Positions 36,599 to 47,749 of a stretch of DNA of 64,000 nt are shown here, in pieces. The position numbers were made by a program, and so were the translations under genes. The DNA is from Psilocybe cubensis (lineage: Eukaryota), in contig CM039009.1 in assembly GCA_017499595.2 (NCBI GenBank), positions 310,001-374,000 on the forward strand, written 5' to 3'. Below the pieces are notes generated by a model that had not been told where the DNA came from, ran no database searches, and was given only the letters and a program-made list of their open reading frames with translations. Each line of letters opens with the position of its first letter. Positions within the stretch are counted from its first letter, which is position 1.

Positions 36599-39415
36599 CT
36601 ACAAGGCATTGGCATCTACAGAGGGTGGCGGGGGCGACAACGGAAGTGCTGGTGGTGTGGTGGGTGGCTGAGGGGGAGTAAAATCAACCGGGGGATTGAG
36701 AGAAGAAGCACCTTTAGCACCATCGACATTTTCCACATTTTCCGTTCCGACGGCCTGAACTCCGTGATCCGCAGCAGGATTGGCGTTGTTGTCAGTGGTG
36801 TGATCGGCAGTGAGATCTATGACGGCATGATTGGTGTTGTGGTCAGAAGCGGGATCGACGTTGTTGTCGGACGCGGGATTGGTGTTCTTGTCGGAAGCGG
36901 AATTGGCGTCATCGTCGGAGTCGGAATTGGTGTGATTGTCGGAAACGGGGTCAATAGCAGAATCGGGATGGTAGTTTGCAGAGGTGCCTGCCTTGTCATC
37001 TGAAGACAAGTCCATCGGAATTGAACCATCCGTCGGACCATCCTCAGCGGCACTCTCCATGTCTTCCACAAACTCCTCAGAAAGATACGCACCATCACTA
37101 TTCATCTGATGCATCTGTATCTCGTCAATGCGGCCTTCAAGAAAGAGAAGGGTATCGTTGGTCCTATCAAGGGAGTCGGAAAGATGCTTGACCTCTGCCT
37201 TCATCTTTCTCATCCCAGCCTCCCACTTTGCTCCAAACGCCGACTGACAATCGACTGCGGCATTTCGATGTCTGCTAACTCGCTCGCATAGGTTGTCGTA
37301 ACTGCGCTTGAGTGAGGTATATGATGCTTTCAAATTGTAAAGCTCCTCCTGAAGATCTTCATTAGTTGTTCTCAGAATGGCCAAGTCGACCTGAGTTGTG
37401 CAACCCATGATTTCCAACTCATTAATCCGCTTTGCAAAGTCGGCAATAGTTGGAATGTCGGTGATGTCAGAGTCTTGCAATTGATGTGGAGGAGTAGCCC
37501 TCTGAACTGTTGTTGAGGGTGCAGGAGTAGGTGTGGATTTTGAAGGGGTGGGTTTTGAAGGAGCAATATTTGATGGACCGGCTTTCAAAGAAGCGGGCTT
37601 TGCAGGAGCGGGGGTTTCAGAGCCAGAGCTAATCTCAAGATAATCAACTTCAAAAATATGAATTTCAATGTACAGATGAGATAAAACTTAATTGAACACA
37701 CCCGATTCCGACGGTTTGGTTGTTTTCTGTATCTCAGTACCAGATTTTTCCTCCTCTGAGGCGTCATCAGTGTCTACCACATCTGCAATAAATGAATAAA
37801 AATGAATATTCAAGAATAGAACAATTAGATAGCACATACATTGTTGAGACTTCACCTGTTTTTTGGGTGGCATGGCCTCCTCGTTGGAGTGAGTAACAGG
37901 TTCCGACTGCTTGCCCTTTGGTCCCCGTTTTGATGCTTTTGCCGCAGAAGCCTTGTTAGCCCAACGACTTTTGGAAACCAACGTACCTCCCCATGTGCAA
38001 CCCTTCTTGTGCTTGCTGCAAAAGGTACAAGCACGTTTTCCTGTGTTGGTGATAATCTCCTGGCACTCCTTGTTGTTATTTTTGAGGCATCGATTGCACT
38101 TTGTGGCTGGAGCCGTCGGAGTTGCTGCCTTGACCGACCTTTTGCGCTTTACCCCTGTCTCCACCCCCGACTCCTCGTTCTCCGATGACTCCTCGTATTT
38201 GGAGCCCGATTTTGGTGGTTGAGGAGGACCTTCTTTAAGCATTCTTTGCAGCTTCAACGCCCTAAACTTGTTTTCAGGGCTATCGGGGCGGTCAAAGTGT
38301 GCCATTGCAACCTCGTGAGCAAATAAACCAACTGACTTTGTTGGAAAGCTTTCCTTTGATGCCTGTTCTTTCGGGACCCGGGGTTTTGACTTTTGATTTG
38401 GTTTGTTGGCATGCGAAGGAGCATGGCGGGATGAAGATTCGGGATTGGGATGGACGGGATGGGACGACGAAGTGGAACGGTTGGAAGTAGCCAGTTCTAG
38501 TAAATATAGAAGTTTTTTAAGAATATTATATACACAACAACAAAGGTACATACCTGCAAGAGCTCTTGAAGCATGGTTTGGCTTCAAGAGCACATTAGAC
38601 AGTGCTACTGAGTCAAAGAAGACCACCACTAAGTTAATACAAATTTAATTTTCAATAATGAGAACAACACTCACAGACTGTAGCCTCAGAGGGCGTCAAC
38701 TTAATCGCAGCAGCTTGGGTGGACACAGTTCCAGCAACAGTACTATTGGTGGGATTGAGGGCCTTTCGATCCCGACCAGAACTGGACTCCGTGGGTCCCC
38801 AATGTGCAACAACGGCAGGTGGGTACTTGCGCCCTAGAGACGAAGTCGACTCAATGTCTGACACCTGACTTGCAGGTGCCTTGCGAGTTGGGGCCGACTG
38901 CGACATGTCGGAAGTACAAGTCGGGGCCGACTGCACAGGAGCACGAGTCGGGGCCGACTGCAAAACATCGGGAGCACGATGGGGCAATCCATTCGACGTT
39001 GGGGTCGGAGTTGCCTCAACGGCATTGGAAGCAATCGAGGTGGAGGTTGCCATTGCACTGGCAACCTCCAATTTTGCCAGCGCATCGCGATGCTTGGGGA
39101 CAAAGGTGGTGTCGTCAAAGTCGCCCGCGGCGTTGGATTTCTTGTAATCCACAACAACCAACCACAGAAACTGTCTGAATTCCTTAAAAATCTCAGGATG
39201 TGTCTGGGCCTTTTTGACACGTAAGACCTCCCTCTGCACCAGGAATTTAGTAATGTATTGCATGAAAAAAAAAAATTCAACGGGCGCACCATGACCTCGT
39301 TCAACTTCCTCATCATCTTTTTTACCTCCCCCCTCTTCACTGCATCCTTGATATCGGCGTCGAGTTGTGCGAGAGCGGCACGAAGAGATTTGGCGGTGCT
39401 GATTTTGAAGGCCAT
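36599..39415 (-). CDS. KDZ-element cargo protein with Zn2Cys6-like cluster and coiled coil (multi-exon)
   Basis: Co-oriented ORFs 38834-39415, 38652-39446, 37688-38629 and 36599-37588 with splice sites between them. Contains CNRC-x7-C-x11-CTFC-x6-C and a heptad region (LRTTNEDLQEELYNLKASY...). Confidence 0.6.
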
Positions 39416-39692
39416 TTCGTATGTATATGCGAGCTTGAAGATGCAAGCTTGTAGCGAGCTGGTAGTAGTGGTGGTAGTGGGAAAAAGGAAAGGTAAGAAA
39501 TGGACAGTGAACCCCCTGTGCTCGATATCGGCTACCTACACAATCACATGATCGTTGAAATTAAATTGGTGGCACGCGTGTCGGATTGATCGCGTAGATG
39601 GATAGCAAAGCTTGGTATTCTTGTCCGACAAATATAAATAGGCTTAAGAATCCGGTGAGTTGCCCATTTGCTATCCTCAAATTTTCCCCAGA

Positions 39693-40262
39693 TATGAGTG
39701 TCCAGAATTCATCACCAAACATTCCGGAAGGCTACGTTGCTATTGATGGCCCGGACAACATCAAGTATGTTGTCCCCCGCTTCATGATCTCCTCATTGGA
39801 GAATGATTTGGCAGCCTTGGGTGCTAAAAAGGATGCCAATGTTGTTACTGCCGACCTGACTCGAGTAAGTCCAATCTAAATATGACTGATTCATGATTAA
39901 CATCCTATTCTAGAAGAATAATTCTAAACAATCGGACGCGTATGTCACCTTGTCAGGTATTTTGCGAGTGCCCCCCGAAAATGTGAGTCGATTCTAGTCA
40001 TGTATACTCTGGGAACTAAAATGGGCTTTAGTCTTTGACCGATAATGAGATGCTCACACTTCATGCCGAGGTGTGTGCTTTGCAGAAGAGTCTTGGCATT
40101 TTGTATCAGGATGCCGCGCATTGGCTCTATATGGCGGAGGTTGCAAAATTGAAGGTGGCGGACGGGGATAGGAGATATCATGCATACATGGATCGATGCA
40201 TGACCAAAACTCTCATCAAGTTGGAAGAAAGGCATACCTTTCGTGAAGATCTTAGAAAGTAA
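39693..40262 (+). CDS. Small hypothetical cargo gene of the KDZ element (multi-exon)
   Basis: MSVQNSSPNIPEGYVAIDGPDNIKYVVPRF..., then GTAAG/GTATG introns, then TLHAEVCALQKSLGILYQDAAHWLYMAEVAKLK. Confidence 0.5.
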
Positions 40263-40471
40263 TGGGCTAGTTTACTGTAGCAATTTTTGATATGAATAAA
40301 TTTTATGTGTCCGACCTAATGTGCACATTAATTGAGTGTATGACCACATTCACACTTGTACCCACACTCGCACTTGCACCCAAACCCAAACTCGCACCCA
40401 CACCCGCACCCATACCCACTCGCACTCGCACCCGCACCCGCACCCACACCCACACCCGAACTCGCACCCGC

Positions 40472-40868
40472 TGTTAGAATCACTCAATCAGGTGATGACG
40501 GAAAAGATACAGTCAGGACTGGAATTGAACCAGTGACTCCCGGCTATATATGCCAATGCTCTACCACTGAGCTACATGACCCATGGGTAGATAGAGAGTT
40601 ATATGTCAACACACCCCCTGAACTCGATATCTAGCCTGTAGTGACTAAGAAGTCCAGACTCCCATAGGGTTTCCGCCCTTGCATGCCCGGTTAGAGGCAA
40701 ATGCAAGCCAACAGGTTTGCTGCTACCATGTTAGAATCACTCAATCAGGTGATGACGGAAAAGATACGGTCAGGACTGGAATTGAACCAGTGACTCCCGG
40801 CTATATATGCCAATGCTCTACCACTGAGCTACATGACCCATGGGTAGATAGAGAGTTATATGTCAACA
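40472..40868 (-). mobile_element. TRIM with tRNA-derived LTRs (Helenus-like), 397 bp
   Basis: Two 140-bp TG..CA LTRs (40472-40611, 40729-40868; 1 mismatch) and a 5-bp TSD cccgc. On the minus strand, PBS tggtagcag follows the 5' LTR and purine tract agggggtg precedes the 3' LTR. Confidence 0.92.
40511..40582 (-). ncRNA. tRNA-like Pol III unit inside the TRIM LTR (second copy at 40768-40839)
   Basis: A box tagctcagtggtagagc, D stem gctc/gagc, T arm actgg-ttcaatt-ccagt. The anticodon loop is degenerate (atatata), so this is not a canonical tRNA. Confidence 0.8.
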
Positions 40869-41274
40869 CCCGCACCCACACCCAAACCCGAACTCGCACC
40901 CGCACTCGCACCCGCACCCAAACCCGAACTCGCACCCACACCCCACCCGCACCCACTCGGACTTGCACCCGCTCGCACTTGCACCCGCATCTGCACTAAC
41001 ACCCACACCAAGTCAAACTTCTGCTCCTCCGACACTGTGCAAATTCCACTAAGTTGAACATTTATTGATACACCCGACCCGCCCATGTGACGGGTACTAG
41101 ACCTCTCCATATTCAAGAATTGCGCAAAGTATAGTACAATGTAAACTACTGTGTATAGTTATGTGATATTCAGTGTATGAATGAATTTATTGAATCCATA
41201 TTATACGATACATTATACCAGTCCACTGTACCATGTTATACAGTACTATGTAGTGTTAGTATGTGGACCTTTGC

Positions 41275-41808
41275 GCTGCAGTTGTGGGCGAGGACAGGGG
41301 AGAAATGAATGTCAAGCTTCTGCCAACGCGCACTGTACTTTTGGATAAAGTCGCATATTGCAATGTGTTCCAGAGACTCTTCAGGCTCGCTTGAAGCCAC
41401 CAGTGAGTCTCTCTCCTTGATTTTCAAGGTGAGAGGTAGGTTTACTGCTCTTTTCACCCAATTCTCCAAGAATTCGATGTGCCGTGTCTTCTCTGTGTCG
41501 GACTTGGATACGGATATGTAGACTGTTGTCCAAAATTGGGAGTTGTTGAGTATAATTTCACGCCAATTCCTACAAACGAGTGCAAGATCCAGCAGTGTGT
41601 GTAGTTCTGCGAATATCGGGGGAAACGGATCCTCGAGGGATATACTATTCTCCAAAGCCAGGAGAAATATATTAATCCAAATTTCAGTAGGAATGGTCCT
41701 CACTAGCTTGATGCTTTTAGCGGAAGGCGTCATATACGGAAGACGGCCGCCGCAACCTGAAGGTACAGAGGTTTTCCTCTGCTTGGGCCCACCCAGTTTC
41801 GCTGTCAT
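41275..41808 (-). pseudogene. 5' part (F-box domain) of the gene split by the transposon nest
   Basis: IPTEIWINIFLLA...LALVCRNWREIILNNSQFWT F-box motif plus WVKRAVNLPLTL. Continues in frame at 27344. Confidence 0.85.
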
Positions 41809-42837
41809 AGGAATGAACGATGATGAGGGGATGACAGTTCCGGAATAGAGAGTAAGATCGCCTTTATGTACTTGTTTCTAAGTTCACGATGTCAAATGTC
41901 TCCACAAGTCCCGTCATACCAGCCGAAAACAATGAGTCATTCCGCCCTAGTAGCGGGGTGAATGTTTATAGTTTAAATTTCGCAGATCCTTACAAGGTAC
42001 AACTGATTCTATGGGCGCATCAATCAAAAAAAGTACTTCCCTGTGCTCCAAGGCGCTCAAAATAAGTCTTCCATTATGCTAGTGACTCAATGATGTGAAC
42101 GTCTGTGATAGTATATTTAGGCGCCCATAACGGCCCACAAAGTTCGGTGCGCATACAGACGTTTTGCAGCCTCTCTAGACTTGCATCACGGTGATCGTAT
42201 ATAGCTGTCAGACACCCTGCTTAGTCCATAACATATGCCCCAAGCCCAGGGCTGGAGGGTTTGTATGCATGAGTCATACAAAAAGCATCATTTGATCCAC
42301 AGCTACCACAGAGTTTGCCCGCTGTCAATGTGTGAAAAATGCAGCCCATGGAGTAATTTGTAACACTTCTCTCAGTCTGAACACAGCAGTGACACTCAAA
42401 CCGGTAAATTAAAAGAACGAATTAAGAAACGATATGTTTCTTAATGACGGACAGCATATATACAGCAAAAACGGTACAGTGTAGTAAAGCTTTAAGCTTA
42501 CACAAGTACTAGTTTAAGTTTTTATCTCACTGCCTTGTTTTTCTTTTTTTTGGCGACAGTCGCTGATATCTATGACCCCAACAGCAATGGCAACTCTCCC
42601 GCCGGCTAGGCGTAAATGTTATAAGAGCATACCAGTACCACCTGTGATATACATTTGACGGCACATAGCTTTTTTGTGACTGCACATATGGTTATTCTGA
42701 ATTTCAATCTCGTGTGTATTAAATTCAATGCACTGTACGCATTCCGATAGGGGGGACCGCACAAGAATCGCATTAAACCTGTGGGGAAGGTAAGGGCCTT
42801 TTTGATATAACCAAACACCCCAATGACCGACTACATA

Positions 42838-44414
42838 CTATTGGCCAAGCTTGAAGGTCCAATCGTAGTAATCACGTAACCTATTACCCTCTTCCCAGTC
42901 TAACTGCTCTACGGAAACATTGGAGTTGTCCCCTCGAACGATTGTCCACCATGTTGTCTGGGAAACATTCGGACCACCCATCGCGCTGAGATTGTGCCTA
43001 AGGACGTCCATGTACTGTAATGCAGGTATCTCCTTTGAGAAGGAGAGAGCCAACGACTCTTCTGCGTATGCCGGGTCCGTCATAGTCGCCTCGTATTCCT
43101 CAATAACGATTGAAAGGTAACGTATTGGGATCGACGAAATTGCCGCCGGGATCTCGTAACACTGTTAGAAAAATACAGGTTACCAAATGGGTTATCATCA
43201 TAAAAATCAAAAAGGGCGCTCACAATCAGCCTCCAGTCATCGTATGAGCTGGAGTGTATAACGATGCTCAGATAAGTTAAGGAGGAAAGGTGTTCGGAAA
43301 GCCCTTTCCACCAAGATATGGGTTTCTCTTCATTTATCATGAAGTGAAAGCTTTGGAGCTGCAGTGCCATACTGGGTACTGCGAATGGGAAGGTGTCAAC
43401 CTCATCGCGACTGCTCCAAGGATACGATATTACCACCCGGCGCATGCTTTCCGGATATCTGTTGCATCTCAAAACTTCGTAGACGTCCTTGTACCACCCT
43501 TGAATCGACGCCAAATTGGGGAACGCAACTGGGTCTCTCGGAACTCCACTGGAGTATACGTGAATGAACTCGGCATAATCTAAACAAAGAGTTTGTAGCA
43601 TAGGAAATGCACACGCCAGAGATTCCACAGTGGTCGAACAATTGCCAATTGTGAGTTTGGTCACCAAAGGAAACGCAACTCCAGAACAGCCGCTCGAACG
43701 ATCGTGATTAATGTTGTGATTCGCCAGGAAACCCATGAGATTAAGAGCGACAAGACACAGTTCCTTTAGAGTATGGCTGTGTTTGGCTAACAACTTACCT
43801 ATTCCATCGTCCTCGGAGACAGTTGTGAGCTCTTCGCTATACTCATACGATCCTGCAATTTTCAACTCGCGGAGGGAACTACCGGTAGTCTCCACATTAC
43901 CCGTTAGGTCGCAGAAGGAAAGGGATGTTTGAGACCCTACTCCCCACAAAGTGAGAGATGTAAGTGAGGAGAGGCTTCCCAGAATGTGGCCAAAACTTGG
44001 GGAGTGCGTAACAATGTCGTCTGTGTTTCCTTTCACAGTGAAAGATCGAAGATTAGGCATAAGCATAAGGGCCTGCGTCAGCATGGGAGCCCATGACGAT
44101 AGTCGGTATATCTCGTTCGTTGTAAGTAAATACACGCCATCGTGAAGCACGCGCCTTTTAAAAGCAGGTGACTCCACGAATTCCAGCTCGAATACATGTT
44201 TACCCGGATCCATGAACGACTCTGGTCCATTGTCGAGTATAAAGTTCAAGAATCCGACAACTTGCATGGGGCTTCTGTCCAGGCATACCGAGTGCAGCAA
44301 ATGAGGCAATGCAAGCCTACGAAGCGAGTAGGAGACTCGGGAAATGATGGAGATTGTGTAAATTGGACAGCACTGGATGATGGTATCCAGAACGTCTTCG
44401 ACTAGGACTTCCAT
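42838..44414 (-). CDS. F-box-like/LRR-like protein, paralog of 11950-13510
   Basis: 444-aa ORF plus a terminal exon ending EEGNRLRDYYDWTFKLGQ*. Terminal intron at the same position as in the paralog. Confidence 0.75.
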
Positions 44415-45899
44415 ATCTGGTAATGGTGTACGAAATTCTGTAAGTCAGTGCAATTTATAATGGGTGTTGTTCACGCTCAAATAACTTACTGAGGTATGCT
44501 TCACAGGTCGTCGTAGTGGGAGGGTCGAAAGGACTGCCGAACCCGATTCCACTTACAATCATCGTTTAAAAGAAAATTTGAATCCAGTTCCCACGTGTCA
44601 TGAATCTTGGAGAGATATCAGGTAGTAAGTGAAGAAAGAGAGGAGCCTACGGGCACCTTCAACACCTCGGCGTCGGGCCCGAAGCCTGAACTCTGAAGAT
44701 TGAAAAGGCGAAGGAATTGACATGCAATTGGTGGGTATTTTGAGAGGTGCTAATCACTGCCACTCGGCCGCATATGAGCATTCATCTAATCGTAGTAAGG
44801 TCAGTTTAAGTTACGCGGAGATAACAAACTGTAGTCTGATACCCATCCGTTTGACATCCTACAGCGCGCAATCCCATCCCGCTCATCAAGAACATCGACG
44901 CTTTTAGTACGAGTTGGCTCGCTAGTCAGTCGGGTCACCCGTCTTAGGATTACACATCGTCACGGTTGTGGTCATGTTCAAACTTCAAGTTGCGTTTGGC
45001 ATTTGGACTTCGAAAAGGTGATTAGTCAGCTGGGTATATTTTTTTGCGGCAATTTTGACTCCGATTTTGTACTCCGCCGGAGTTCTCCTGATCATCTTGA
45101 TTCTTGAGGACGTTCATTTAATCTACAGTTTTGTGCGACGCTGAAATCCTTCTAGGCATCACAAAAATTTCAATTTAATAAGATGCGTTTTTACTTCTAT
45201 ATAATTTCGTGTTACAAAAGTCTACAGGGTGCAACTGAGCAGCCAACAATAGAGCAATCAGTTCAAAGTTCCGAGCCTAGAGGTAACACTGCGGACGATG
45301 ACCACTGAAGTGAACAAACAACAACCATGGCCCACAGTGTAATTACCCATGAGCGTAGAGTATTCTCCCTGATAGTATGGCAATCATGGGTAGAAAATCA
45401 TGTATATTTACGCTACAAATTATTGGAGTGGTATTCAACAGCTTTCTAAAAATTTGCTCCGGATTCGGTGTCCAACTGCTTTTACACTGTCAACGTTCGT
45501 AAACGGTACAGTGACATTATATCCACAGTGTAAGCAACTCATGTAGTCGAGGGTTGGGTCCTAAATTAAGCCAAAAACGCGCAACCAAGAAATTGCCGAT
45601 GACGCCGATCGGCGCTCGTCAATAAAATGCTTATCGTAAACGATGTCTAAATTAACAGTGCAAATTGGTCTGCCGCTACACCTCGTCAGCTGAAGCCGTG
45701 ATACTCCAAGTCAAAATGTGAGAGCTCAATTATCAATCATACCGTTGTATAAGCTCACGAAGCACAGATACCATAATCATGACCTTTTATTTGGAGAAAA
45801 ATCAGTATAAAAAGCGCCAGGAGCGATTCTCAGAATCGACCACCAAAACACCACATCCTGCTAGCTTGAATCTACTGCTCAATCTACTATCTTTCACTC

Positions 45900-47400
45900 A
45901 TGTCTTTTTTTACACCAATCCCTGAACCAGAATCCAGGCTCGCCCACTACCGTCTCTTGTCTCCCAAAGCCGGCGTCCATGTCTCTCCATCCAACTCGGC
46001 GCTATGAGCATTGGAGAGTCCACATGGCAAGGATATATGGGAGCCATGAACAAAGAGTCCAGCATGAAGCTGCTTGATGCTTACTACGACGCTGGAGGAA
46101 ACTTCATTGACACCGCTAATCTCTAGTTCGTAGCTCCCGCTGTTTATCCAGGCAGAGCTAACCACGACGCGTGTTTTTTTAGTCAGGATGGCACTTCCGA
46201 AGAAATAATTGGGGAATGGGCTGAAAAGCGTGGAATCCGGGATCGTCTTTTCATAGCCACGAAGGTACAATATAAAACTGGCGAGCACACTGATGGCTCA
46301 CAAAAGGGACTCCTCTTTCTTTTTAGTATGCCCACAACTTTCACTTGATGAAGAGGGAGGAGCCGCATAGAATCCTTTTCGCGGGCGGAAACGCCAAGTC
46401 GCTTCATACCTCAATAAAGGGTTCCCTCGAGAGACTTCGAACCGACTATATTGACCTTCTGTATGTCCACTGGTGGGACTACGACACTAGCGTTGAAGAA
46501 GTCATGCAGTCACTCCACACGCTCATCCTCCAACGCAAAGTTCTCTACCTCGTAAGTGACCCCAAATAATGGTGTATGCACCGCAGAACTCATAGTTCCA
46601 TAACAGGGAATATCTGATGCGCCGGCGTGGGTTGTCTCTATGGCGAATCAGTACGCCAAAGACCATGCACTTACGCCGTTCTCAGTCTATCAAGGAGCAT
46701 GGAACGTATTGGACCGCTCTTTCGAGCGCGAAATCATACCCATGGCCAGAGCACAAGGTAGGGACTGCCAAAATGCTTGATAAACAAATCTCGCTGACAA
46801 TGATGGATACATAGGTATGGCTCTTGCCCCATGGAATGTCCTATGCGGGGGTAGAATTCGGTCTGACGCAGAAGAGGAGAGACGGGCAGCAACCAACGAG
46901 AACGGACGGGGTGGTGCTGCTTGGCGACGTACTGAAAAAGAGACGCTGATGAGCCAAGTTTTGGAAAAAGTAGCCGCTGAAGTCGGGGCCAAACATATCA
47001 CTTCTGGTGCGTCTCGCTGCATAGAAACTAGGGCGCAAAAGATGACATGTACCATGAACAGTGGCAATTGCATACGTGATGCAGAAGACAACACACGTGT
47101 TCCCAATCATCGGAGGTCGTAAAGTGGAGCACTTACTTCAGAATATCGAGGCCCTTGATATTTCACTCTCGGACGAGCACATTTCTTGGATAGAAAATGT
47201 TGTCCAGTTCGACCCAGGTTTTCCAACGAATCTAATTGTAAGTCATTGTCGTGATATGGACCGTGGATACGCTGAACAGATCATGCCAGGGAAACGGAGT
47301 AACATACAATGGATTATGGTTGTCGAGTGGAAAGCTGGATAAAATTCGAATAGAGCCAATCCGTCCAAAGCCAAGAAGTACTGGAAACGAAAAAGTATGA
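45900..47400 (+). CDS. Aryl-alcohol dehydrogenase-like aldo/keto reductase (multi-exon; apparent 1-nt frameshift near 45989)
   Basis: [67 protein letters not shown] and [12 protein letters not shown] motifs. Confidence 0.88.
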
Positions 47401-47749
47401 AAAATTCAGCCAGTGCCACAAGGCAACCGAATTACGACTAGCGTGTGCTAGCGCGACAGCAGAGAAGAGAATGGACAACTGTATCCTGGACATTGGGTGG
47501 ATATTGGATGTAATTGAAGCAGTGCAGAGAGTCTTACGAGTTCGATTGAATATACAAATGCTATTTGGCGCTATTAGGATTCGGTGGACCCAGGCCAAAA
47601 AAAAAGTCTGGACGTTATCCAAAAATGGAAGGGATCAAGACAAGCAAATAAAGCCAAAGAACGCGTCGAATAAATATTTAAATTAGATCACTCAGACTTT
47701 TTTCACGGATCCTTTTTCACCCCCTTTTTTCGTCCTTCAAAGCTTCAAA

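Larger units (their letters stand above)
40345..41010. repeat. (CACCCG/CACTCG)n degenerate microsatellite hosting the TRIM
   Basis: Hexamer repeats on both sides of the TRIM insertion. Confidence 0.85.
27348..41274. mobile_element. Large (13.9 kb) CxC2-KDZ DNA transposon with cargo genes
   Basis: Boundaries are fixed by restoration of the host reading frame. Short TIR gcaaagttc / gacctttgc with flanking gct duplication; the alternative parse is a gctgca duplication with the element starting at 27351. Encodes a KDZ transposase. Confidence 0.8.

Noticed and set aside
40511-40839. Two genuine tRNA genes
   Set aside because: The anticodon loop atatata lacks canonical features, there is an acceptor-stem mismatch, and both copies lie inside LTRs of a TSD-flanked element.
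27348-41274. TET/JBP dioxygenase cargo expected with KDZ elements
   Set aside because: No convincing HxD...H...R double-stranded beta-helix motif set was seen in the ORFs. A highly spliced or decayed copy cannot be fully excluded without an HMM search.
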